A stretch of DNA of 52,183 bases, taken from positions 1-52,183 of IMG/VR virus record IMGVR_UViG_3300045988_175993; one strand, 5' to 3'. Shown one piece after another: positions 7,562 to 15,901 of the stretch (the stretch's first letter is position 1; every line of letters begins with the position of its first letter). The notes beneath the pieces are model-generated. The model had not been told where the DNA came from and searched no databases. It worked only from the letters and a program-made list of their open reading frames with translations. Source of the stretch: a virus. The translations under genes were made by a program, and so were the position numbers.

Positions 7562-9437
7562 CTCGGACTTCTTTGAACCCTTGAGCACGAATATTTCTCA
7601 TAAAAGCATGTTTTTTATGGCTTTCTCTGCCAGTATCAATACAGTATCTACAATAGGCTTCATATAGAGCGGTCTTTTCTGTAGATAGATTGTTCTCTAG
7701 CTTGCAGCATTTTGATAGAAATGCATGTATACTATCAGAATCCCTTCTCAAAGTCTCAACATACCTATCACTGGTACTAGTCCTCGGAATATCCTTAACA
7801 GGCAACAAGTGAAGAAGATATGGTATGATCTCTGTAACACTCTCTTCGCTGCATAAGTCATTGACATAGTCGTTGTTCAAGAAAAGCTCGGTGTTCATGA
7901 ACAAAATACGCATTCTTTTGTAGAAAGCATTTGATTTTTCTTCAAGCTGAAGCGGGAGCTGGTTGAAAGAAAATATCAGCTTACAGAACGGAGTGAAGAA
8001 GAATGGTTCCTTGCCTTTCCTCTCGTGCATGATTTGGTCACCACCAGTGATCTTCTTGAGATTCTCAATACTACTCAACGGAAGAGAGCTGTTATCTGCA
8101 CAAGAATTCAAAAGCCGATTATATAGCTGTGCCGGATAAAATCTCATATTCAGCTCATGCATGCTTAAAGAAGCCACATTTTGTTTTCCAACAAGAGTTT
8201 CAAAAAACCTTATCAAGACTGATTTACCTGTATTGGACTGGCCACACAAAATCATGAAAGTTTTCAAACCATAATCCAAGGTCAAACAATAAGCCATATA
8301 CTTGAGAAGCATCTTGACATCTTCATTAGGGAGACAAGTCTTCTTGAAAAACCCATAAAGCCTAGTCTCCTTAAAGGGCTTGTATTCCCCAACCTCATGG
8401 GGAATTTGAATTGTTTGAAGATACTTGCTATCATGAGGAATCAGTTCTCCTCTCTCAATATCCCAAACACCGTTCTGGAAATTGATAAGATTCTTGTCCC
8501 TATTCAACTCTGTAGGAGCTTTTCTCAACCGAGTATCATCACAAATCAGCCTGAAGCATTCCATGATGCGGTTTTGCGTTATGAGACCATCAACAACAAT
8601 CAAATCCTTGATAGTGTTTCTTACAGGACTACTAGCCTCAACATATACTCCATCCTTATACTGATAGCACTCTCCATCGAGAACAAAGATATCACCACGG
8701 TTGACAAAATATTCACAGATGGCTTTGTGATTTATATTAGTTGGTACACCCTTGCTATTGTAGATCAAATAGGGATTATCGAATTGCTGAGAAGCCTCAT
8801 ATTTCTTGGTGTTTTCAACAATCTTATCCAGCTCTCCTTGATCCATAGGCTGAGCAAAGATTATGTTATTGATTACATCAGCCATCTCTTCTATCTGCTC
8901 ATCAGAAGCTCCTCTGTTCTTATAAGCCATAAGATGAGCAAACAAAGTTGAATTTCTTCCATCCCCGTCTTTGAGACCAAGCAAACTCTCTTTGCGGTTG
9001 ACCATGGGAGTAAATTCAAAAGGCAGTTCAGCAATCTCTTTGCATCTATTGAATTTTCTTCCTTCAGATCCAAAGGGCAGAATTACATACCCTTTATTGG
9101 CACAACGAAAATCGCACTTAAGACCGCAAGGAAGAACCATGCCAACCTTCTGTGGGTACTCCTTATTGCATTTGAAATACAGATGAAGACCTTTTGGAGT
9201 CTGAGCTATCAAGGTTTTCAGCTTGAGTTTCTTAACAACCTCAATAGCTTCTTCTTTTCCCTCATCTATATCAACTACAATGTACCCTGATCTAACCCAC
9301 CAGCCGATTTGACCCCCGGAGAATACATGGGCATCAGCAGCCTGTTCTGAAACAATAGCTGTATCAAGCCGTTTTTTCCCCATGCATCTTACATAAGAGT
9401 CCTGTCCAACCAATGAGTTGAACTCGCTCAAATTCAT
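7506..9437 (-). CDS. Primase-helicase: N-terminal prim-pol domain plus D5_N/P4-family P-loop NTPase
   Basis: Prim-pol motifs: YIVVDIDEGKEE, TPKGLHLYFK, GYVILP. Walker A CGQSNTGKS. 643 aa. Confidence 0.88.
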   Translation of the reverse strand: MNLSEFNSLVGQDSYVRCMGKKRLDTAIVSEQAADAHVFSGGQIGWWVRSGYIVVDIDEGKEEAIEVVKKLKLKTLIAQTPKGLHLYFKCNKEYPQKVGMVLPCGLKCDFRCANKGYVILPFGSEGRKFNRCKEIAELPFEFTPMVNRKESLLGLKDGDGRNSTLFAHLMAYKNRGASDEQIEEMADVINNIIFAQPMDQGELDKIVENTKKYEASQQFDNPYLIYNSKGVPTNINHKAICEYFVNRGDIFVLDGECYQYKDGVYVEASSPVRNTIKDLIVVDGLITQNRIMECFRLICDDTRLRKAPTELNRDKNLINFQNGVWDIERGELIPHDSKYLQTIQIPHEVGEYKPFKETRLYGFFKKTCLPNEDVKMLLKYMAYCLTLDYGLKTFMILCGQSNTGKSVLIRFFETLVGKQNVASLSMHELNMRFYPAQLYNRLLNSCADNSSLPLSSIENLKKITGGDQIMHERKGKEPFFFTPFCKLIFSFNQLPLQLEEKSNAFYKRMRILFMNTELFLNNDYVNDLCSEESVTEIIPYLLHLLPVKDIPRTSTSDRYVETLRRDSDSIHAFLSKCCKLENNLSTEKTALYEAYCRYCIDTGRESHKKHAFMRNIRAQGFKEVRDGKTRDYLWSGIGLRKGR

Positions 9438-9440
9438 AGA

Positions 9441-9926
9441 TTATTCTCCTTGGGTTGAAGATTTACGATTGCTCCCGTCTGTACAAGATATGCAGGCTCC
9501 TCCAGCTCGCAAAGACTTAAAATCACCATAGTGATCGCATCCAACACAAGAACAGTGTTCCGTATCAGTAAAGGTAACTTTTCTATCCTCAAGGGTGATA
9601 TCTTGGCTTTCTGTTTTCTGAAGCCACCTATCCAAGCGCTCAACTTTGCTAGCTATCCTTGACTTGATATCAGAATCTGTAAGACCCATGATATGAACGA
9701 TATGGTCCAATACAATGAATACATCTGCAACCTCATCGAGAGCTTTGTTGTACAAACCTTTTACTGCTCGTTCTGAATCGGTATACCTTGGGTATTTGGC
9801 ACAAACAGCAGCAAGCTCACAAAGTTCTTCATTCGAAACAAGGATTTGAGCAGTATCGCCATACACATGGCGAGCTCTAGCTGTGACTTTGGCTTCTTCT
9901 TCGGTCAGGAATTTGGTGTAATTCAT
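9441..9926 (-). CDS. MazG-like all-alpha NTP pyrophosphohydrolase with Cys-rich C-terminal extension
   Basis: Metal-binding pattern SNEELCELAAVCAKY ... ALDEVADVFIVLDH (E..E / E..D). The tail is CSCVGCDHYGD...CISC. Confidence 0.7.
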   Translation of the reverse strand: MNYTKFLTEEEAKVTARARHVYGDTAQILVSNEELCELAAVCAKYPRYTDSERAVKGLYNKALDEVADVFIVLDHIVHIMGLTDSDIKSRIASKVERLDRWLQKTESQDITLEDRKVTFTDTEHCSCVGCDHYGDFKSLRAGGACISCTDGSNRKSSTQGE

Positions 9927-10405
9927 CTGTCTGTATTATCCTCCATCCAATTAGGTTCATACATCACATCAATGTTGTACAAATCAAATATCTCTTCAGT
10001 TGGACCGCTTATGCGAGCAGATCCTCCATATACAACCTTTGTGATTCCAGCAGATACAATTGCTCTAGCACAAGACTCACAAGGATATCTTGTTACATAA
10101 ATAGTAGCTCCATCCGTGGATATCCCTCTTTGAGCAGCTCCTGTAATAGCATCTATCTCACTGTGAATAGCTCTACAGTCCTCAGGATTTCTATGGGATT
10201 TACTGTCATTGCCATACTTCTCTATCCTCAAGCATTCCCTGTGCTTGCACAAGTCAGGCATAGCGCGGTTTGCTCCCAAACCAATCACAGTCCCGTCTTT
10301 AATGATTGCAGATCCTACAGAGACCTTCTTACAGCCACTGTGTTTCATTGCAAAATCATATGCGAGATCGAGAACTGTGAACCTGTTTTCTGTCCGTCCA
10401 GTCAT
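9923..10405 (-). CDS. dCMP/CMP deaminase (zinc-dependent)
   Basis: HSEIDAI (H-x-E) and YPCESCARAI (PC..C). Start moved to ATG 10405 (RBS GGAGGGG), giving an ATGA overlap with the upstream stop. Confidence 0.88.
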   Translation of the reverse strand: MTGRTENRFTVLDLAYDFAMKHSGCKKVSVGSAIIKDGTVIGLGANRAMPDLCKHRECLRIEKYGNDSKSHRNPEDCRAIHSEIDAITGAAQRGISTDGATIYVTRYPCESCARAIVSAGITKVVYGGSARISGPTEEIFDLYNIDVMYEPNWMEDNTDR

Positions 10406-11220
10406 TTTAACCCCTCCATGAATTCTTGAATTTCTTTCCAATCAAACTTGATACTCTCAACCCCTGAGCGGGTCATAGCAACCTTGATCAATCCAAGGTG
10501 AGTACAAGCACGTTGGAACTTTCGTACTCTGCGATGCTGTTTCTCTTGTATTGTTCCTCTTTCTGAGGCATTACAGCCCCCTTTACCAACCCCCATAGCT
10601 GTACAATCATACTGTATCTCAGTGGTCTTTACACACTCAAGACCGTATGTATAGCATTCAAGTTGAAGAAACAAGTCTTCATTCCCCACAAGCCTGCTAG
10701 TCTTATAATTCAACCCAGCTTCTACAATGGCTTTTACATTTATGCCCACAGCTTGTTGAAGCTGCGCTCGAGGACAAGAACCAAGGTCTGACTCTTTCAT
10801 AGACCAACTGAAAGGACGATATGAAGCTCCGAACATTGCCTCATCACCCCAAAGCATCTCCCAATACAGAAGAACATCGGTCCAATTCTGAGGCTCACCC
10901 ATGATTGTTCCAGAAGCTCTGACGAATTGCTTCTCCTCATCCCAAACAGAAAAGTCCAACCGACCGACATCATCATCTATCATGAATATCCGATCAATTC
11001 CTTTTGAATAAGCATAATTGACCATCTTCTGCCGAGTTTCTCCAATGTTGCGGACTTTTTTCAACTTCACTATATGTGTATCAGGTCTCTTCTTCAACCA
11101 AGCATAATCGCTTGCTTCTTCCTCTCTGACAAATACATATAGGGGAAACTCATACAAAACACTTCGCTTGAGGAAAGTTGCATTGGGTCTTTGATACGAA
11201 GGTACAAATACAGGTATCAT
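10402..11220 (-). CDS. GT-A-fold glycosyltransferase-like protein (candidate DNA-base glycosyltransferase)
   Basis: N-terminal IPVFVPSYQRP and a DxD motif in IFMIDDDVGR. It sits between a Pplase-like gene and the deaminase. The family assignment is tentative. Confidence 0.55.
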   Translation of the reverse strand: MIPVFVPSYQRPNATFLKRSVLYEFPLYVFVREEEASDYAWLKKRPDTHIVKLKKVRNIGETRQKMVNYAYSKGIDRIFMIDDDVGRLDFSVWDEEKQFVRASGTIMGEPQNWTDVLLYWEMLWGDEAMFGASYRPFSWSMKESDLGSCPRAQLQQAVGINVKAIVEAGLNYKTSRLVGNEDLFLQLECYTYGLECVKTTEIQYDCTAMGVGKGGCNASERGTIQEKQHRRVRKFQRACTHLGLIKVAMTRSGVESIKFDWKEIQEFMEGLK

Positions 11221-11307
11221 TCAATCTCCTCCATCTAAGAATTTTCCAAGCCAGTACAACAGCCACAAAAAAGCTACTATTATAATGAGATACCCTGCCA
11301 AAATCAA
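11221..11307 (-). CDS. Possible 28-aa transmembrane micro-protein (TTG start)
   Basis: GAGGAGG RBS lies 6 nt upstream of TTG. Translation (M)ILAGYLIIIVAFLWLLYWLGKFLDGGD. Its TGA abuts the ATG of the glycosyltransferase. Not in the ORF track because it is under 60 aa. Confidence 0.3.
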   Translation of the reverse strand: MILAGYLIIIVAFLWLLYWLGKFLDGGD

Positions 11308-11319
11308 CCTTGTACCTCC

Positions 11320-11682
11320 TCAGAACACAAACTTCTCTGTGACTTCCTCTACTCTGGCTTCGTATCTCCTTTGGAGGTACTCTACAGCTTGTATGTATCC
11401 TTCTTCGGAGAATTCAAACCTCTCACAACGAGTTCCGTTTATAGAAACTACTAGAGCTGGATTTGAAGAACAGTTGTATGTATATCCACGGTATACTGTG
11501 CCATCTGGATTGACCTTCTCCAATCGGTATGAACCTATTTGAAAGACGTTGAACTTTGTTACAGCATCATGGTCTTGGTATGCACGACCAGTGTATCGAT
11601 CGTATTTGGTAATAACATCCCATTCAATCGTGATGGGGATTTGGTTGTATTGCTCCCAAGGAGGGAATTTCGATTTTAACAT
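11320..11682 (-). CDS. Hypothetical protein (120 aa)
   Basis: Start set at ATG 11682 (RBS GGAAAGGG; 5 nt after the upstream stop) instead of track start 11775. No motif recognised. Confidence 0.7.
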   Translation of the reverse strand: MLKSKFPPWEQYNQIPITIEWDVITKYDRYTGRAYQDHDAVTKFNVFQIGSYRLEKVNPDGTVYRGYTYNCSSNPALVVSINGTRCERFEFSEEGYIQAVEYLQRRYEARVEEVTEKFVF

Positions 11683-11686
11683 GCAT

Positions 11687-12694
11687 TCAGCCCTTTCCAT
11701 TGTATTTCTTTCTTGGTCTACCTGTACCATCTTTAGCTCTGATGTATTTGGACAACTCACAGAAACAATTCTCAAGGCTCATTACATTGAAGCACTGATC
11801 GTACTCGGGAAGATCCCAGAATATCTCAGAACAATCCCAATCTTTGCCAAGGACTTCTTTGAAGAGCCTTTCTAGGTTATCTCTAACCCAAAAGATACAT
11901 TCCTCATAGCTCATCCCGTCTCTATCCTTGAACAGGTAATTCAACCCCATCTGACATCCAGGACCAGCAATAGTGAATTCATTCTCAGAGAACGGGAACT
12001 GCTTGATATAAGTCATATCGACAAATATTTGATAAGCCAAGAAATTCCCAAGTCCCATATAGCTTCGGAGTGAATCATATACGTCAGATTGCTTTCTAGC
12101 TGCCTTAATCTGACTCACGATATCCTCATCAAGAAGATGCCGTATAAAGTAGAGGATTCTCATCTCCATACTATTATCAGGAGTATCGTTGGGCAGATAC
12201 CACTTTAGTGCGCGTTTCAGACCTCCAGTGTTAAATGCACCAGTGAAGAAAATGCGATGAGGATCGTCTTTTAGAGCAGCTTCGAACAAAGATCTATACC
12301 ACTCAGGATTCCATCTCTCTTCAGACTCATAGAATGCAATAGGCATACCAATCAACTCTGAAGTCTCATGCTTATTATAGAGCCTGAATAGGATACAATT
12401 CATCAATTTGTCTTCATAGCAAAGAGCGGGATTGGTTGCTATGTTCTTAATAAGCCACTTGCTTTCTCGGTCATGCTCTCTACGGATATTGGTGAATCTG
12501 AAATTCAGCAATACATCGTCTTTAGTCCAGGGAGGATCTTTCTTGAGCACATCTTTCTTGATGTGAATACCATATCTTCGCTTGATGAATTGATACAAGT
12601 ATTTGAGATTTCTTTCATCAATTACTGGATGAGCTTTCTCAATCTTCTTTTGATTCACACCACAGAATTTGGTATCAGCCTTTTTAGTCTTCAT
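11687..12694 (-). CDS. aGPT-Pplase (alpha-glutamyl/putrescinyl thymine pyrophosphorylase) clade-3-like protein; the CDS is certain, the function tentative
   Basis: PPWTKDDVLLNFRFTNIRREHDRESKW and YMGLGNFLAYQIFVDMTY...AGPGCQMGL match what I recall of this HhH-glycosylase-fold family. No HMM was run. Confidence 0.5.
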   Translation of the reverse strand: MKTKKADTKFCGVNQKKIEKAHPVIDERNLKYLYQFIKRRYGIHIKKDVLKKDPPWTKDDVLLNFRFTNIRREHDRESKWLIKNIATNPALCYEDKLMNCILFRLYNKHETSELIGMPIAFYESEERWNPEWYRSLFEAALKDDPHRIFFTGAFNTGGLKRALKWYLPNDTPDNSMEMRILYFIRHLLDEDIVSQIKAARKQSDVYDSLRSYMGLGNFLAYQIFVDMTYIKQFPFSENEFTIAGPGCQMGLNYLFKDRDGMSYEECIFWVRDNLERLFKEVLGKDWDCSEIFWDLPEYDQCFNVMSLENCFCELSKYIRAKDGTGRPRKKYNGKG

Positions 12695-13278
12695 CTGGCA
12701 TTCTCCATAAGCTTTGATGCAATCATGTCCGCCTGATGAGTCCAGAGCACATTGGGAAAAGCTCGAATTGCTTCATCATACTCACCCCAAGCATCCGTTT
12801 CATAAGCCCCCATATGGAATCTGATACAAAGCCTTTCTTCTGTGGTAAGATACATGTAGTCTTCAATTTTCAAAACTGAATCCATTCCATGAATTTCTGA
12901 AAACTTGATCTGATCAACCTTATGGGTGTAACCATACTCAAGTTCTCCTGTCAAAGGATTCTTTTCTTGAAATGTCTGATAAGCCCCGATTTTGGTAACA
13001 TCATGAAGCATACCGATAATCAGAGGACTCGAGCTTCTGGTCCAAGTGCAGAATCCTGCCTGAGTAAACCATTCCAGTTGCTGGAACACGTTCCTCGAGT
13101 GATCATACAGTCCTCCATAGTAGTTGCAGTGATGCTTTGCCGCAGCCGGAGCTCTGAAGAAGTCCGTGGTACAAAGCCACTTAAAGGGGAATTCATCTTT
13201 TGAGATATTGTTGAGCCTCAGAAGTCTTTCCAGGTCTTCCTGCCTCGCTTCCTCAGAATCAAATAAGGTTTTCAGCAT
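12691..13278 (-). CDS. HD-domain phosphohydrolase
   Basis: GGLYDHS, MLHDVTK and HQADMIAS give the H...HD...D metal ligands. It is the first gene behind the promoter at 13312-13340. Confidence 0.8.
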   Translation of the reverse strand: MLKTLFDSEEARQEDLERLLRLNNISKDEFPFKWLCTTDFFRAPAAAKHHCNYYGGLYDHSRNVFQQLEWFTQAGFCTWTRSSSPLIIGMLHDVTKIGAYQTFQEKNPLTGELEYGYTHKVDQIKFSEIHGMDSVLKIEDYMYLTTEERLCIRFHMGAYETDAWGEYDEAIRAFPNVLWTHQADMIASKLMENAR

Positions 13279-13311
13279 AGTTTTTCTCCTTTCAGATTTA
13301 GAATCTACCTT

Positions 13312-13340
13312 ATTATATATGAATTTTGCTCAGAAATAAA
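13312..13340 (-). promoter_or_regulatory. Sigma-A-like promoter (-35 TTTATT, 17 bp, -10 TATAAT)
   Basis: Minus strand reads CTTTATTTCTGAGCAAAATTCATATATAAT. Its architecture matches the TTTACT-N17-TAGAAT family. Confidence 0.55.
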
Positions 13341-13349
13341 GACGAAAAT

Positions 13350-13411
13350 AGGATGAGAAAATCTTCAAATCTGACGATATTTACATCAAACAGTTGGGAT
13401 TTTCTCACCCT
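13350..13411 (-). terminator. Rho-independent terminator candidate
   Basis: 14-bp stem aggatgagaaaatc/gattttctcaccct with 1 mismatch. On the minus strand it is followed by ATTTTCGTCTTTATTT. It lies between the stop at 13431 and the next promoter. Confidence 0.55.
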
Positions 13412-13430
13412 ATCATACCCTCTCATATTT

Positions 13431-14075
13431 TTACGAAATGCTTCGTCTATTCATAACGGATTTCCCATCTGTCTTTCCAGCAAAGAACGCATCAACTTGA
13501 TTGACATCCATCTTCATGGTCGCTTTTGATTCTTTCAGCACAGGGAACTTCTCTGCAAATGCAGTCTTAACATCCTCAGGAACAACTACAGCAAGAGCAA
13601 CGGTCTGAGCATCAAGAGCTTCTTTCAGACCATGCAGGAAACCTGAAGCATATGCATTGTATATGAGAGAAGCTCCAGCCTGAGCCGAAGACAGACCGTG
13701 TTCACGGCAGACCTTTCTCATCCCCTGTTCCATCACCTTGTATGCAAACTCGAGGGCAGATTTAGCTGAGATAGCATTAACACTGTGACCAAAGAAGTGG
13801 ATTCTTCCATAGGTGATGATTGCCTTGCATCCAAACGAATCTGCAATGATAGAAGACATCCGTTTTGAGCGGGGATCCACTTTCACCTTGCACATCTCAA
13901 GATCATAGGTGATCTTTTCACCAGAAGGAAGAGCTCCCTGTTCGATATTGTACTTGGCCATCAACCTCTGAGCCAAAAGAAGAGCTTGTTTCGCTTCCGC
14001 TTCAGAAGCTCCGTTTGTTGTAGTCTTATCCAGCAGATGCTGAATCTTTTCGATGATCTTATCCGTATCAGCCAT
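13431..14075 (-). CDS. DUF2786-like protein
   Basis: Start set at ATG 14075 (MADTDKIIEKIQHLLDKTTTNGASEAEAKQALLLAQRLMAKY), which gives the typical DUF2786 N-terminus. RBS gagggg. Confidence 0.65.
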   Translation of the reverse strand: MADTDKIIEKIQHLLDKTTTNGASEAEAKQALLLAQRLMAKYNIEQGALPSGEKITYDLEMCKVKVDPRSKRMSSIIADSFGCKAIITYGRIHFFGHSVNAISAKSALEFAYKVMEQGMRKVCREHGLSSAQAGASLIYNAYASGFLHGLKEALDAQTVALAVVVPEDVKTAFAEKFPVLKESKATMKMDVNQVDAFFAGKTDGKSVMNRRSIS

Positions 14076-14088
14076 TGTGTTGTACCCC

Positions 14089-14355
14089 TCAAATTTCAGA
14101 TAGTGTATCAGCCCATTGGGCAGCGTCATAACCTATGCTCTCGATCTCGCTGAGCACATCGTTCAGGGTATCAAGGTACTCCTGCATCTGTTCGCCGTGC
14201 TCACTGTCCCGGATCGACTCTGGAAGGTTGTCGTAGGATTCCTGCTCGTCATCTATAACTTGCTGCAGATCCCCAAGGATCTCGTCCTTGAGTTCTTCCA
14301 GATTCTGTAACTTTTTAGTGATCTCCTTGAGCATTCTTCTCTTGATCTTGTTCAT
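14089..14355 (-). CDS. Hypothetical acidic coiled-coil protein
   Basis: Start set at ATG 14355 (RBS aaggagga). Contains LPESIRDSEHGEQMQEYL. Confidence 0.7.
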   Translation of the reverse strand: MNKIKRRMLKEITKKLQNLEELKDEILGDLQQVIDDEQESYDNLPESIRDSEHGEQMQEYLDTLNDVLSEIESIGYDAAQWADTLSEI

Positions 14356-14365
14356 ATGGTCCTCC

Positions 14366-14734
14366 TTAGAATATGGTGGGATAGCCAAGAGTCATCCCGA
14401 TTTTGTTGGCGAACTTGGGGTTCTTTGCATTGATCTGAACATCAGTGTTCTTATCAAAATCAAGGAACTTGCCCTGCTTGGTCATAACAGTATAGGCTTC
14501 TTTGCTTTCCGCGAGCACCTTGAACCAACCAATGACCATTCCGGTGAAAGCTTTGATCTCAACAACCTGCTGGGCTTCGTCCCATTTGCTGTACCAGCGC
14601 TTGAGGGTACTGAGAGAAACAAACTTCTCTTCTTTACCACCCATCTGTACCAGATTGACTTTATCACCCATGGTGATGTACTCGTTCAGTGCATACAACT
14701 TATTGGTGCGTTTGTCCTTGTATATTGTAACCAT
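14366..14734 (-). CDS. Hypothetical protein, paralogue of the N-domain of ORF 2460..2906
   Basis: KAFTGMVIGWFKVLAESKEAYTVMTKQGKFLDFDKNTDVQIN aligns with KGFTGIKLGVFEVISTTKKTITVLKRNGDEMIFDIKTGKQMN. Confidence 0.75.
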   Translation of the reverse strand: MVTIYKDKRTNKLYALNEYITMGDKVNLVQMGGKEEKFVSLSTLKRWYSKWDEAQQVVEIKAFTGMVIGWFKVLAESKEAYTVMTKQGKFLDFDKNTDVQINAKNPKFANKIGMTLGYPTIF

Positions 14735-14751
14735 TGTGTAATCCCCCTTAT

Positions 14752-14883
14752 TCAGCGTTTACTCAGTTCTTCAACAACTTTGATGATCATGTCAGAGTAG
14801 AACTGATCTCCTGTTTCAGAAGCCAACTTTTTCAGAGCTTCTAAGCTGTTCTTCAGTTCCTCGGTGGTATACTTCTCAAACAT
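14752..14883 (-). CDS. Small hypothetical protein (43 aa)
   Basis: ATG 14883 is preceded by the conserved leader ATCTGAAAGGAGA. Translation MFEKYTTEELKNSLEALKKLASETGDQFYSDMIIKVVEELSKR. It is the first ORF after the promoter. Confidence 0.5.
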   Translation of the reverse strand: MFEKYTTEELKNSLEALKKLASETGDQFYSDMIIKVVEELSKR

Positions 14884-14932
14884 TTTGTAATTCTCCTTTC
14901 AGATTCAAGGGGCTTCTTCATCTTACAGGTAT

Positions 14933-14961
14933 ATTCTACTATAGATTTTTGTAAAAGTAAA
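14933..14961 (-). promoter_or_regulatory. Sigma-A-like promoter (-35 TTTACT, 17 bp, -10 TAGAAT)
   Basis: Minus strand reads CTTTACTTTTACAAAAATCTATAGTAGAAT, immediately downstream of the terminator hairpin. Confidence 0.65.
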
Positions 14962-15018
14962 GCCCTGTAAACTTGTAAAGAAGTTACCAAGAATCAACAA
15001 AATACAAGTTTACAGGGC
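14962..15018 (-). terminator. Rho-independent terminator candidate
   Basis: Perfect 16-bp stem gccctgtaaacttgta/tacaagtttacagggc with a 25-nt loop. The minus-strand 3' flank is TTTACTTTT. Confidence 0.6.
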
Positions 15019-15073
15019 TTATCAAGAAGCAAAGGTTATCAAAACCACAAAATCTTGAGAAAAATCAAGAAAT

Positions 15074-15628
15074 TTAAGAATTTTCTACAAATTTTACCAA
15101 GATGGTATCAGTTCCATCCCAAGTTGATCTATATTCTATCCCTTGAGGAGTCAAACAAAAATAGACACAGTTTCCAGGAATAGTAGCTACATAGCATTCT
15201 CCTTGCAGCTCCAAGAGTTCTTTAGCAAGACGAACAGTGTGATACTCCGGCTGTACATCCTCTGAATATCCCTGCCATTGATGTTTTTGACAACAGACCT
15301 CAACTATAGTATCGGGGAAACCTGGAGTATTCACTCTGTTGATAACACATTGCATTATAGAAGTCAAACAACTGTCATCAAGAGAGATTCCATAGTCAGC
15401 TTCAACAACCGAGTTGATAGATTCAGCCACCATAGCTAGATTACGTGCATCACTCGCTGTACTGAGAGGACTTTCCTCGGGATATTGCTGCCAATAGGTC
15501 AAGCGATCTATGACCTCAACAGTTGACTCCGGAAGGACTTCCACTTGAGGCTGTTCAACAGGAGAAAGCATAGTCACACCAAACATAAGCACCAGGCATG
15601 CGATAGTCAACGACAAGAATACTCTCAT
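15074..15628 (-). CDS. Secreted SleB/CwlJ-type cell-wall hydrolase (Hydrolase_2-like)
   Basis: N-terminal signal/TM segment MRVFLSLTIACLVLMFGVTML. CVINRVNTPGFPDTIVEVCCQKHQWQGY resembles the Hydrolase_2 core. Confidence 0.65.
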   Translation of the reverse strand: MRVFLSLTIACLVLMFGVTMLSPVEQPQVEVLPESTVEVIDRLTYWQQYPEESPLSTASDARNLAMVAESINSVVEADYGISLDDSCLTSIMQCVINRVNTPGFPDTIVEVCCQKHQWQGYSEDVQPEYHTVRLAKELLELQGECYVATIPGNCVYFCLTPQGIEYRSTWDGTDTILVKFVENS

Positions 15629-15631
15629 AGT

Positions 15632-15901
15632 TTACTCCTTTGTTCTACCTTTCTTTTGATTGCGGTCAATTATTGTCGCAGGCTGTATAGATGACAGCAA
15701 TACCTGTCCTGTTACCATTACCAGAACCGCTCGAGTTCTTCGACCATAAGTGGCATCTACAGCTTTCCCATTGTCTTTAGCTTCCTGGATAATCCGTTTG
15801 ATCGGTGCAGATTCAGGATTAACAATAGCAGCCACTTGGTCAGAGTTTACAAAGTTTCCAAGACCGATGTCAAGAATATTCAACACACTCACCTCATCCA
15901 A
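15632..15901 (-). CDS. remA: RemA (DUF370) family DNA-binding regulator
   Basis: NILDIGLGNFVNSDQVAAIVNPESAPIKRIIQEAKDNGKAVDATYGRRTRAVLVM closely matches the Bacillus RemA pattern (INIGFGN...SPESAPIKR...IDATYGRRTRAV). Confidence 0.85.
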   Translation of the reverse strand: MDEVSVLNILDIGLGNFVNSDQVAAIVNPESAPIKRIIQEAKDNGKAVDATYGRRTRAVLVMVTGQVLLSSIQPATIIDRNQKKGRTKE

